DNA of 63,961 nucleotides, counting the filler, from Octopus bimaculoides (Eukaryota): the NCBI RefSeq assembly GCF_001194135.2. It is 8 parts of 8 records of this genome, joined end to end, with 100 filler letters (N's around TTAATTAATTAA, not from the genome) between each part and the next. Parts side by side here need not be neighbours in the genome. Positions count along the whole stretch, not along the records: positions 25,003 to 36,508 come from NC_068983.1; positions 36,609 to 43,270 come from NC_068993.1; 6 more parts are not named here. One strand, given 5' to 3'. The notes under the pieces were generated by a model. That model had not been told where the DNA came from. It did not search any database and saw nothing but the letters and a program-made list of their open reading frames with translations. Below are positions 25,925-38,411 of the stretch, piece after piece. The position numbers and the translations under genes were made by a program. Position 1 is the stretch's first letter. Every line of letters begins with the position of its first letter.

Positions 25925-26390
25925 ATGTAAAATTGAATATCTACGCTGAACTATTGAGAAATCTGCAGTTACTCTATCCACATTACAAGTTTATACCTGT
26001 AATTATTGGAGCCCTGGGATATGTAGCACACTGCCTACATACCAATATTGAGAAATTAGGCTTCCCAAAACCAGAAAGGAGAAAGCTAATTCGAATACTA
26101 CAGATCCAATCCATCCCTGGAACTGTAAAAATTTGTAAAACTTGCCAGAAGTTTATCATTTAAATATATATGAACCTATTTAGATATGCAACTATATGCA
26201 TGAGAATACATACATAAAACGTACAAATCTGCACATACATACATACATACATACATACATACATACATACACACATACATACAAAATATCCTGTTGTTGA
26301 TGTTGAAATTCCTATGAAGGATCCTTGGATCTAGGTTAGAAACTGGCAAGAAATCTTGAAATAAAACTGAACAATGACATACATACGAAT
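25925..26390 (+). mobile_element. 3' end of an R2/R4-type (restriction-like endonuclease) LINE with 3' UTR
   Basis: YAELLRNLQLLYP..FIPVIIGALG...GTVKICK* C-terminal motif. Confidence 0.7.
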
Positions 26391-27088
26391 TTAAAATGTG
26401 AAATTATTTTCGTTATCTACATTCCAACGACAGAGCTTTGTACCTTTGTTAGAAACCAGCTCTTTCCTCAGAAGAAGAATTTAGATAATTAAAAACAGAA
26501 GAGGACATACATACACATACACACATATACATACACAAATACATACACACACACACACATACATACATACATACATACATACATACATACATACATACAT
26601 ACATACATGTATTCTGCAAATTCTATTTGTAAGCTGAACACTGAAAAAAATGCAACGCATTTCTAAAATTCAGAATGTAATTCTCTCAATGTTTCGCTTG
26701 AGTAAAAATTTCAATGATGGGCTTTGTTCCTTTGTTAGATACAACATCATTTATCATCATTTTCAAAGAATTAGAAAAGGAAGAAAATAGACATATATCC
26801 ATATGAGTTAGTTGGTGCGTAGGTTCTGTTAGTGATATAAGATGAAAATCGCTAAGGAGCCACTTAACAGACAATGTAATTCTATGCCTGAGCTGGAAAA
26901 GAAAGAAAAGAAGGCTGCCAGTAGTGTAATAATTATTATAGCTGTGTATTTTCGACTCGAGAAACACGGTCCTGTTTTTTTGTATGTGGGTGGCTGTTTG
27001 TCATTATTTTTATTCGAATAGTTTTGTTTAAAAATCCATACGGCAGCATATGTGTTTGTGCATGTGTGTGTTCACGCATTATGTATAT

Positions 27089-27179
<91 letters not shown>

Positions 27180-27329
27180 TGTGTGTGTGTCTGTCTGTGT
27201 GTGTGTGTGTGTGTGTGTGCGTATGTGTATGTATGTGTTACAACAACTAAGACATCAGTAAAAGAAATATTCGTTTTCAACGAAATCAAATCATTTATTG
27301 TATTCAGATTTAAATATAAAATAGAATGT

Positions 27330-27790
27330 ATTTATTCCCAATCAACATTAATAATCAATGTTTTTGGCATAATTATTTGTAACTTTTTTTTTTGTCCTTA
27401 GTATTTTTGTCGGGTTGGGGAAGAGCGTTTAATCGAACTTTAAGCAATCTTTTTTTCAATAATGTCGGCTCTAATTTCTAATGCTCATATTGAACTATCT
27501 CACAAAATTATTGAATTCCACTTTGATTTGATTTAATTATCTGTCATAATTTTTCAATAGAGTATTCTAGTCTGGAGACTGTCCAGGATAGAATGAAAAT
27601 TTCAATATCATTATCTTTAAGAAAGTTTTTCACTAAATTGGCAGAATATTCAAGTGCAAAGCATTATCATTTTGAAACTTTGCCAAAATGGTATAGATAG
27701 GGTGTTGTTTAACAACTTGCCAGTCAAAAGCATTTCCATAAGTTTGTCCTAAATATCCACGCTTGCTTTCAGACTTCTAGTTAAACCTTA
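27330..27790 (-). pseudogene. Tc1-like transposase remnant
   Basis: FQNDNA..H, VKNFLKDNDIE, PGQSPD*N (WPxQSPDLNPIE-like), with frameshifts. Confidence 0.65.
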
Positions 27791-27804
27791 TTTCATATAC
27801 ATTA

Positions 27805-27935
27805 TTTATATTATTTACATTTTACGGATATTTGTCCTCATCTTGTCTGTTGTTAACATATCCGTCAAATGCAAATAATGTAAATAATGTAAATAATGTA
27901 CATAATTCCTCATTTATTAAATATAGAACTGTCTT
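27805..27935. repeat. Fold-back junction of two Penelope-type terminal repeats with the hammerhead core deleted
   Basis: tacattttacggatatttgtcctcatc... followed by tatccgtcaaatgcaaataatgta; both halves match 31520-31570 and 32000-32085. Confidence 0.7.
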
Positions 27936-28191
27936 ATTTCTGAGTAATATAAAGCTCGCCTTTCATAAGTCTCAAGTTATTTTGGTGGTTTATAAAAAAT
28001 TGTGAATGTGTATCATGTATGATGAAGCACTGTGTGTCACATGTGATGTAACACACAGCACACAGGCAAAGCGTTAAAATGAGACCAAATATATAAGACA
28101 TTTTGATAAAATATTTTCTGCATTTCCAGTAGGTGTTGTCAAGCGATGTTGGGCGACAAACACAGACACACACACACACACACACACACAC

Positions 28192-28232
<41 letters not shown>

Positions 28233-28487
28233 NNNNNNNNNNNNNNNNNNNNNNNNNNNNNNNNNNNNNNNNNNNNNNNNNNNNNNNNNNNNNNNNNNNN
28301 NNNNNNNNNNNNNNNNNNNNNNNNNNNNNNNNNNNNNNNNNNNNNNNNNNNNNNNNNNNNNNNNNNNNNNNNNNNNNNNNNNNNNNNNNNNNNNNNNNNN
28401 NNNNNGGATAGAACCCGGAGCCATGTGGTTGGGAAGCAAGCTGCTTACTACACAGCCACTCCTGCGCACAAAAAATACATACCCCTT

Positions 28488-28555
<68 letters not shown>

Positions 28556-28944
28556 CAGGTCAGTTCTGAACGAACAGACTTATGACCCTCCTCTATGTTT
28601 CTGAGACATAATGAAACCTAACGCTTTTCTTTTCTTTTTCTGTTATGACTGCACAGTGATATAATTAAGGTTTCGAATCTTTATTATTACTTCTTTCAGT
28701 CACTTGACTGCGGCCATGCTGGAGCCCCGCATTCACAGGTCTGGGCAAACAAATCTTCCCCTGTACTTATTTTAAGTCTTGTAATTATTCTAGCGGTCAT
28801 TTTTCCGAGCTACTAACTTATGGGAATGTAAACAAACCAGCACAGGTTGTCAAACGATGTGCGGAGACAAATACAAATGCAAAGATACGCTCACATACAT
28901 ATGTATATATATATATAAGTTCAAAAAAACAATAACAAAAAAAC

Positions 28945-29107
28945 AACAAAGTGAGGACGTGAAACGGATAGTGTTATTGGACGCTCGGGAAAGGAAAGAG
29001 AGAGTGTATGACGTTTCGGGCGTAGCCCTTCGTCGGAAAGATGGAAAGTTCGGAGAATGGAAGAACGGAGAAAGAGGAAAATGGTACCGATGCCCACGAG
29101 GTTACAT
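28945..29107 (-). mobile_element. Penelope-like element terminal segment with degenerate hammerhead (CCGACGA-gggc/gccc-GAAAC-GTC at ~29006-29040)
   Basis: Homologous to 36000-36200; stem II and the GUC triplet are intact, while U4 is C and stem I is poor. Confidence 0.6.
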
Positions 29108-29876
29108 TTATATATATATANNNNNNNNNNNNNNNNNNNNNNNNNNNNNNNNNNNNNNNNNNNNNNNNNNNNNNNNNNNNNNNNNNNNNNNNNNNNNNNN
29201 NNNNNNNNNNNNNNNNNNNNNNNNNNNNNNNNNNNNNNNNNNNNNNNNNNNNNNNNNNNNNNNNNNNNNNNNNNNNNNNNNNNNNNNNNNNNNNNNNNNN
29301 NNNNNNNNNNNNNNNNNNNNNNNNNNNNNNNNNNNNNNNNNNNNNNNNNNNNNNNNNNNNNNNNNNNNNNNNNNNNNNNNNNNNNNNNNNNNNNNNNNNN
29401 NNNNNNNNNNNNNNNNNNNNNNNNNNNNNNNNNNNNNNNNNNNNNNNNNNNNNNNNNNNNNNNNNNNNNNNNNNNNNNNNNNNNNNNNNNNNNNNNNNNN
29501 NNNNNNNNNNNNNNNNNNNNNNNNNNNNNNNNNNNNNNNNNNNNNNNNNNNNNNNNNNNNNNNNNNNNNNNNNNNNNNNNNNNNNNNNNNNNNNNNNNNN
29601 NNNNNNNNNNNNNNNNNNNNNNNNNNNNNNNNNNNNNNNNNNNNNNNNNNNNNNNNNNNNNNNNNNNNNNNNNNNNNNNNNNNNNNNNNNNNNNNNNNNN
29701 NNNNNNNNNNNNNNNNNNNNNNNNNNNNNNNNNNNNNNNNNNNNNNNNNNNNNNNNNNNNNNNNNNNNNNNNNNNNNNNNNNNNNNNGCTATAGCCTCGG
29801 GCCGACCAAAGCCTTGTGAGTGGATTTGGTAGACGGAAACTGAAAGAAGTCCGTCGTATATATAAATATATATATA

Positions 29877-30144
29877 TAAAATTAACAGAATGAGATAAAA
29901 ATCCAAGGCTGTGAAAAATTTTAGAACATTTATAAATAGAAGGTCTTACAGCTGCTTCCGGATATTTTATACGTCCCTTAATCGGAGATGGTGTGTGAAG
30001 ATGGTTAATTTAATCATTTTCTCACACCGTCTCCGATGAAGGGATATATAAAATATCCCGGAAGCAGCTGTAAGACCTTCTCTTTATAAATGTTCTAAAA
30101 TCTTTCACACACTTGGATTTTTATATCATTCTGTTAATTTTTTT
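29877..30144. repeat. ~270-bp near-perfect fold-back (arms ~130 bp, almost no loop) of two head-to-head Penelope-type repeats
   Basis: aaaattaacagaatga...cttacagctgcttccggatatt is the reverse complement of aatatcccggaagcagctgtaag...tcattctgttaatttt. Confidence 0.9.
30029..30076 (+). ncRNA. Minimal type-I hammerhead-like motif (degenerate); mirror copy at 29943-29989 (-)
   Basis: Stem I gtct/agac, core CCGATGA, stem II gggatat/atatccc, GAAG, palindromic helix III cagctg, GTA triplet; two core substitutions (U4C, A15.1G). Confidence 0.6.
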
Positions 30145-31569
30145 ACATATACACATGCTGTTATATGACCTACGTTGGACTCCTCATTCACATAATCACC
30201 GAACCTGAAGCTTAACTATAGTCTGTCCATAGCACTTAGCATTACCTGATACCTTTGGGTCTTCTTGACACCATTACTTCTCATAACTTATATATATATA
30301 TATGTGTGTGTGTGTGTATGTGTGTGTGTGCGTGTGTGTGTGCGTGTGTGTGTGTGTGTGAGAGTGTACGTGTGTGTGTATGTCTGTGTGTCTGTGTTTG
30401 CCCCCCCCACCATCGCTTGACAACCGATACTGGTGTGTTTACGTCCTCGTAACTTAGCAGTTCGGCGAAAGACACCGGTAGAATAAGTACTAGACTCACA
30501 ACCGTTATTTGCGTGTTTACATCCGCGTAACTTAGCGGTTGGGCAAAAAATAACCGATAGAATAAATACCAGACTTAAGAAAAAGATAAACGCTAGGATC
30601 AATTCGTTCGACTAAAATTCTTCAAAACGGTGCCCCAGCATGGCCAGAGTCTGACAACTGAAACAAATGAGAGACAAAAGATACCGTTATGCTTGAAAAA
30701 ATTCCTTTGGAAATTAGACTCTTGAAATTAAGAAGGAAACTATTTGCCATTTCCTTTCGCCCCATATAAACAATTTCTTAAAATGCTCCTATGTTAAAAT
30801 AAATGAAGGTTTCGTCACGAATACTTCATAAATACCTCTGTTAGTGATGAAACGAAGGGAAAAGAGAGACAGGCAATAGGGGTTATTATTGTTTTTCTTC
30901 TTTTTTCTAGAAACTTCACTTTTACAATATCGTCTATCGGAAGGTTAAACATGATATATTTTACACTTTGTTTAAAATATTTCGAATTTGTGGAAATCAC
31001 ACCGACATTGTGTGAAACAAGCTTTCGTTTGGCAGATTGTAAAAACGACACACTAAAAATAATTTACGATCTGTCATTCCAGATGTAGTGCAGACTAAAT
31101 TACAATAAGAGAAGTTTGTTTCTCTGATATTGGTGTGAGTTTCCACAAAACGTAAAATATTGTTGTATTGTAAATTAGACTGCACGAAGCCTGAAATGAC
31201 AGTAGTAATTACTGACTCGAAATGGTGTTAAGTGCTCCGTTCCCATGGCTTTAAAATAGCTATTTTAAGTTGATACACTTAACTGTAGTATCTGCTGAGC
31301 ACTTGCGCTTCTCCCTCCCTTGTACTACTTTTCGTCAGAAGCAGCAATGAAAAAGGTTTCTCAAGAAGGGTCTCCACAGATAATACATATCTCGTAAATA
31401 ACTCCACAGTTGGCTGCCCTATGATCTCAGTAGCCTTTATTTTCTACTTTGTTAACGGTACTCAGCGAGTAAATTTTGAGAGGCTTAGGTGAGATCGCTA
31501 ATCTTCAACTTGGATATTACTTACATTATTTACATTTGACGGATATTTGTCCTCATGTAGTTTGTTGTT

Positions 31570-31615
31570 AACACAATGTTTCGACTGATATACTCTCCAG
31601 CCTTCATCAGGCGTC
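31570..31615 (-). ncRNA. Inverted, slightly decayed partner copy of the 31958-32003 hammerhead
   Basis: gacgc-CTGATGA-ggctg/cagtc-GAAAC-ATT-gtgtt on the minus strand. Confidence 0.55.
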
Positions 31616-31677
31616 TTGGGGAAATTTCGAACCTGGGTTATCATTCCTAAGGTATTTTTCGATGTTATTATTATTGC

Positions 31678-31711
<34 letters not shown>

Positions 31712-31957
31712 TCGGAATCTAAGGGTTAATCGCCCGCGCTCTTAACCGCTACGCCATATGCCCATAGGCAATTAGGGAGTGACTTTTAGGGTTTATAAAT
31801 CTAATATTTTCCTATTCTTCCTTAATGCCGGTTCCCATATGGTACTCATATCTACACTCTGCTGTTGTGTCCTAGCATATGTGCCGCTTCTTCTAGTTTT
31901 CGTATTTTCCAGAGGTGTTCTCTTAGGAATGAGAACCCAGGTTCGAAATTTCCCTAA

Positions 31958-32003
31958 GACACCTGATGAAGGCTGGAGAGTATATCAGCCGAAACGTTGT
32001 GTT
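31958..32003 (+). ncRNA. Minimal type-I hammerhead ribozyme motif of a Penelope-like terminal repeat
   Basis: Stem I gacac/gtgtt, intact CTGATGA, stem II ggctg/cagcc, GAAAC, palindromic ACGT helix III, triplet GUU. Confidence 0.7.
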
Positions 32004-32259
32004 AACAACAAACAAGATGAGGACAAATATCCGTCAAATGTAAATAATGTGCGTAATTCCTCATCTTTCAAATATAGAACTGTTTCAACTTGGATGTTTA
32101 CAATTGTCAGTCACAACCTTTGGTCCTTGTTTTCATCGTTATCCTCTTCGTAAGCAAAATTGTCAAAAAGAAAACTATTAAAGTTAATCAGATGAATAAT
32201 TCTCCAAATGATGAATAATCCTCTAAAGTCAATCAGATGAATAATTCTCAGCTATTCCG

Positions 32260-32760
32260 CCTTAAAGTTTCTTTTCCCTATATCTCTAAATTCATCCACT
32301 GTCTAAATCACTTTTCCAAACTTTTCAAGCCATCACTACTGTCTGACTTACTCCGTCTCATAATCTCGTCTCTATCTGAAACCACCAACCCCAGTGACTT
32401 CAATACATACATCTCGTTTTAACAGTTGCAATTTATTTCACACAGACACTATTAATATGAAGATTCTGAGATTGCCATCAAGAACCAATTAGTTTCTTCG
32501 CTGAGTCTTCAAACATCTTGCCATTTGTCTCACTTCCACAGCCTGTATTCACCTAGCAAAGTTTCTCTCATTAAGATCACTACAAAATCTAAAGTATTAA
32601 TTTACATGATTCTGCCGCTCAACAAGTCCTGGCCGAAAAACCCACGAATGTTTCAAGTCAGCTCACTCGTTAGACATCTGCTTATCCTGGAAGCAAATAT
32701 ACTTAATGCCTGACCCACCCGAGACAAGCAAGTGATAGAAACTCTCCTTCGTAAAGCCGA
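32260..32760 (+). mobile_element. Probable decayed Penelope-like ORF C-terminus (GIY-YIG region)
   Basis: Lies downstream of the hammerhead repeat; ...RHLLILEANIL..P resembles the PLE endonuclease end; heavily disrupted. Confidence 0.4.
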
Positions 32761-32844
32761 ACTACACTCTGCCCAACTTCCAACTGTTACACACGCAGCT
32801 ACACTGCATCACTACAGACAAACAATATGAGTTTCAGTATCTAG

Positions 32845-33078
32845 AGTAATGGTTCTAACCTAGGGCCCATATGGTCCTTGAGGGTCCATATAAGATTTTA
32901 TTGCTAAAATTTATCTGCAATAAATTGGTTATACTTCTACGTGACACAAAATATTTCAACAAATGTTTTTATACAATTCCAAATAATATTTAATAATAAA
33001 ATAGATGATTTTTTTAAAACATTGAATGGCTAAGAGAGTCCACCTGAGTATAATAAGGATGAAAGGGGTTGAAAGACA
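32845..33078 (+). mobile_element. hAT-type MITE copy (uninterrupted; right end in gap)
   Basis: Colinear with 54501-54985 apart from the SINE inserted there. Confidence 0.65.
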
Positions 33079-33699
33079 NNNNNNNNNNNNNNNNNNNNNN
33101 NNNNNNNNNNNNNNNNNNNNNNNNNNNNNNNNNNNNNNNNNNNNNNNNNNNNNNNNNNNNNNNNNNNNNNNNNNNNNNNNNNNNNNNNNNNNNNNNNNNN
33201 NNNNNNNNNNNNNNNNNNNNNNNNNNNNNNNNNNNNNNNNNNNNNNNNNNNNNNNNNNNNNNNNNNNNNNNNNNNNNNNNNNNNNNNNNNNNNNNNNNNN
33301 NNNNNNNNNNNNNNNNNNNNNNNNNNNNNNNNNNNNNNNNNNNNNNNNNNNNNNNNNNNNNNNNNNNNNNNNNNNNNNNNNNNNNNNNNNNNNNNNNNNN
33401 NNNNNNNNNNNNNNNNNNNNNNNNNNNNNNNNNNNNNNNNNNNNNNNNNNNNNNNNNNNNNNNNNNNNNNNNNNNNNNNNNNNNNNNNNNNNNNNNNNNN
33501 NNNNNNNNNNNNNNNNNNNNNNNNNNNNNNNNNNNNNNNNNNNNNNNNNNNNNNNNNNNNNNNNNNNNNNNNNNNNNNNNNNNNNNNNNNNNNNNNNNNN
33601 NNNNNNNNNNNNNNNNNNNNNNNNNNNNNNNNNNNNNNNNNNNNNNNNNNNNNNNNNNNNNNNNNNNNNNNNNNNNNNNNNNNNNNNNNNNNNNNNNNN

Positions 33700-33734
<35 letters not shown>

Positions 33735-34244
33735 TACTGTGTATAAAGTTTGCTACGTAGTGAATTTTGATTAAAATTTACACCAGTTGCTTTCTAAAAC
33801 TGATATGTGGCACTATGGTCGAGAACTTAATAACAGTCTCTATTTACGAATTGCATCAAGATAAAGATTCATTACGGCGCCGACATCTTATAGAGAGGCG
33901 GAGAGAGTGGTGAGAGGAAGAACTTACTAATGTGCAAATAGCCGAGTCGACATGATATTATACGACTAGCTAAAAGGTCGGCTGGATGGTATTCTGTCAC
34001 AAGCATTACCTTGTGTCTTTGGTTTGGTAAACACTGAAATAAGCGAGTACACATGAGTGGAAATAGATGTCACGAACAAAGAACAATTTCTCTACTGCAA
34101 AAAGCGGTAGCGCTGGAAACATACCGAATGTTTTGTGAGTTTGCGACGCCAAGTTCAATTCCTGCTGAAGACGTCGCTTATATGATGATATCTCCACCAC
34201 AAGCAGGTTTTATTTTACCGCTTTGTCAGAATCGAGATAGCAGG

Positions 34245-34625
34245 CTGTGTAGTAAGTAGCTTGCTTACCAGCCACATGGTTCCGGGTTCATTCCCACTAC
34301 GTGGCACCTTGGGCAAGTGTCTTCTACTATAGCCTCGGGCCGACCAGAGCCTTGTGAGTGGATTTGGTAGACAGAAACTGAAAGAATCTCGTCGTATATA
34401 TGTATATACATATATGTATGTGTGTGTATATGTTTGTGTGTCTGTGTTTGTCCCCCAACACCGCTTGACAACTGATGGTGGTGTGTTTACGTCCCCGTAA
34501 CTTAGCGGTTCGGCAAAAGGGACCGATGGAATAAGTACTAGGCTTCCATAGAATAAGTCCTGGGGTCGATTTGCTCGACTAAATGCGGTGCTCCAGCATG
34601 GCCGCAGTCAAATGACTGAAACAAG
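34245..34625 (+). mobile_element. Full-length tRNA-derived SINE with internal microsatellite
   Basis: Head with ggttccgggttcattccc B-box-like motif, central (TA)/(TG) tract, tail ending aatgactgaaacaag. Confidence 0.85.
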
Positions 34626-36100
34626 CAAAAGAGCAAAAAGAGCACGAGCAACCTTTACCGAGGCTTCTGAGGTTGGGGTAATTCTTATCCAATGACTGGA
34701 GATCTGATCTAAATGCCAGCAATATAACCGGATGATGGTCATTTTATCTGGGCAACGGATCACACCGTTTACCAAAATGGCGAGTGTCTGTACAGTTTTT
34801 GTCAGCCAAAGTTTCATGCGTCAGAGTTTGGTCGATCCAGCAGTGACATTGAACTCGAAGCCATGTAGATTGAAAGTGAAACATCTTATCGACATGGCCA
34901 TGAAGGCACAGATACATTATTATCTTAAGGTAAAAATAAATCTCTAGTTGTGACTCTACCACTAAATCGATTATGCGTCTCAGTGCAAAAGCTTCAAGTG
35001 CTTTATATAATGTTTCAACACAGTTTTCTCGGTACAAGGGAGAATTTTATAGATGTTATATGCATATACATACATATATACATATACATATATATACATG
35101 AGTGTGTACTGATATATACACATATACACGTGTGTGTACGCGTGCGTGCGCATGCGTACGGGCGTGTGCGTGATTGTCTCTCACCAATGGAGGACGTGGT
35201 AATTTGTTATGTTGATATTAACGATAAAATATCTCCTCATCAAACTTACTCCATTTCAAACACATCTAATAGACTTTATCTTAACGTGTTTAATCATGCA
35301 TTACAGCCGAGGGAAGATACAGACATTCACATCTTAGATGAAGGTGGGGTACTGCAAGGAGGGTGCTGGCGGTAAAAGAAATAACGATGAGAGGCGAGAA
35401 GAACAGGGGAGAGGAAAAAACATAAATGAAAAATTTTTAAATACCAAAAACAAAACAGATAAAAACGTGCGAGTAGATGATTTGTTTGTTTTTTAATTCC
35501 TTCATTCGCTCGTTCGCTCATTCTTAGAATATCATGTTCTGTTGAAATATAATGCAACGGATGCAAATTTTAGCCGCGATCAATATTTTGTGTGCACATA
35601 ACGAAATTTTTTTCCTTTTTTTTTTTTTCTTCCATTTTATCAGATATAAATCTCGCAATCACGCACCAATGTTAAATTTTCACGTGTTATGGCATCGCTT
35701 TTCGTATAAATAGATGAAATAAATATAAAGATATTTTATGATACGCAATGTCTAAATCGTTTCTTCCTTACGTTGATAATTCTAATACTGTCAGTTAATA
35801 CGTTCGTATTTAGTATTTTCCCGGGTAATATATCCTGAGCATTGATATGGGATAATGGTGACGATTATAACATTAAGGGTGGTGGTACAGGCTGTAGTTA
35901 GTAGAATATGGGATAGACATACACGCATGTATGTATGTATGTATGTATGTATTTATGTATGTATGCATGTATGTATGCATGTATGTATGTAGTGAGTTCA
36001 AACAAGAAAAACGACAACAAAAAAGACAACAAAGAACAACAACGCGAGGACGTGATAAAGATATTGTGTTACTGGATGCTCAGAAAAGGAAAGAAAGAGA

Positions 36101-36135
36101 ATTTGACGTTTCGAGTGGAGCTCTTCGTCAGAAAT
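36101..36135 (-). ncRNA. Minimal hammerhead motif with intact core inside a Penelope-like terminal segment (36000-36200)
   Basis: attt-CTGACGA-a-gag(ctcca)ctc-GAAAC-GTC-aaat: intact core, 3-bp stem II, ACGT palindromic helix III, GUC triplet, 4-bp stem I. Confidence 0.65.
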
Positions 36136-36350
36136 AGAAAAGTCCAAAGAAGGGAAGACGGGGGAAGAAAACATCGCCAACGATATACACGAGGTTACAT
36201 TGTGGAATGACCGGAAAGGAAAGGGTGGAGAAAAAGTTCTTTCTAAGACAGGAGAGTGCAAGAGAGGGAGGTATGTATATGTGCGTGCGCGCGAGTGCAT
36301 GTGTGTGTGTAATAACAGCACGTGTATATGTGTGCGTGTGTGTAGTTTGG

Positions 36351-36391
<41 letters not shown>

Positions 36392-37414
36392 GCTTAACGT
36401 TGTAGAAGGAATTAGTAGCAGGAATTATTTGGGAGTGGTTGTGGACGATGGTCAGTCGTTCCCTCCCTCTCTCTATCTGTCTAATCCTTGTATCTTTATA
36501 TATATATANNNNNNNNNNNNNNNNNNNNNNNNNNNNNNNNNNNNNNNNNNNNTTAATTAATTAANNNNNNNNNNNNNNNNNNNNNNNNNNNNNNNNNNNN
36601 NNNNNNNNTAAAACGAGAATCTGGAGCAATCGGAATTTCTCTCTCTCAGTTGTTTATAATGTAACTTACTATCTGGCAATGTTGAATTGTAATTCCTATG
36701 TAGCAGGGCGTGGGGGGCGAGGCACTATAGATGTTACTTGAAGACATGCCAGTTTGGCTGACATTTGGCCAGCGTTTATTTTCATACACATTTATATATG
36801 TACATTGATATTTACGTATACGTATAAAGGGTACAAACACATAAAATCATAAGTGAAGGTGCATGTGTGTATTTGTATCTGTTTGTGTTTATATGTGTCT
36901 ACGCTTCTGTGTGTGCGTGTGTGTGTGTGTGAGTCTGTGTGTGCATGTTTCTATGAGTACCCGTGTAAATAATCACGTGTATGTTCACCTACTCGAAGCT
37001 GAAGCATTACCCTGTCGCTAATAGCGACGCAGCGTAAAGGTCTAACTTAGGACATATGAATAAATAGACTCTACTTAATGTTTTGAGTACTCTGTTGTTC
37101 ACTTTTATAAACACAAATGTGTGTATGTGAAAATGTATAAATATGGATGATATCTTTATACGTGCACGCACAAATGCTCATGCAAGCATACATATAACGT
37201 TTGTGTATAAGAGAATTTTTATATATACGTGTATATATGTGTTTATGTGTATATGCATATTTATATATATGTACGCATGCATTATTTTAACCGTTTATAC
37301 GTTTCAACCTAAAGATTTTGGACATGCTGGTGCACAGGTAGTAAGCGTAATTTGCGTCCGCTGAGCATTGAACTGGACCTATACGCATAGGTGTTGAGCT
37401 TACTGCTATTCTGC

Positions 37415-37472
<58 letters not shown>

Positions 37473-38324
37473 ACGCGCGCACGAATATAAGTAGTACATA
37501 TATGCACGGAGAAGACAACTACTTTTTGATATGGATGATGTCTCTACGACGTTCGTTCTTTAAACAATTCTAAGTTTTCTACGCCCAGTATTACATCATC
37601 TTCTTTGCTTACTTCACGTTTCATCCATCAACATATGTGGTGCAGACTACGCTCCTCTGACGCGGCACAACACTGTCAAAGCATCTCCTGAGATTAACGT
37701 ATTAGTAAGAATAATTAAATTTTCAATGGTTATCTATTAATGTTGCTTATTTTACTTAACAAAAAGTTATTTCTTCATAGCTTTTTTAATGTATTTTGCT
37801 TTAAATATGTTAACACAAACTCAACTCGTAAACAGTTCAGTAAAATTGTGACTTTATTGCCCGCAGTTCCATTACATTTTAGTGAAGTTTCACCTTCTCA
37901 CAGCTAACATTTGTATATATTTGCTCTTGGGTCTCAGCTGAGGAGAACGAAAGTACCGAGTGACATGGCATATGTTCGGATATATGAAAGTGATTTTCAG
38001 TTACGTGGAACACATTCCAAACGATTCTGTCAGTAGTACAAATGGAAGGAAAATGGTTATTGAGTTCATTTTGATAATGATTACATTGATACTATTTGTG
38101 GTATGTAACAGATGATATTGAAGATGATAATGATGATGATAAAGACGAGGAGAATGATACTGGAGTCGGTGGTAATAAACGACGTTAATAGAAATGCTCC
38201 TCTGATGTAAATAGTATTCCTGTTGTTTGGCTTAATGGTCGGATCTATGATCAAAGATATTCCTCCCTAGACCACCCTTCTTGAGCTGTATAAACACATG
38301 CACACACATTTATAAAAATTATTA

Positions 38325-38411
<87 letters not shown>

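Noticed and set aside
31725-31760. tRNA gene
   Set aside because: Only an A-box-like 5' half is present; no acceptor stem or T-arm can be folded; SINE-type head at best
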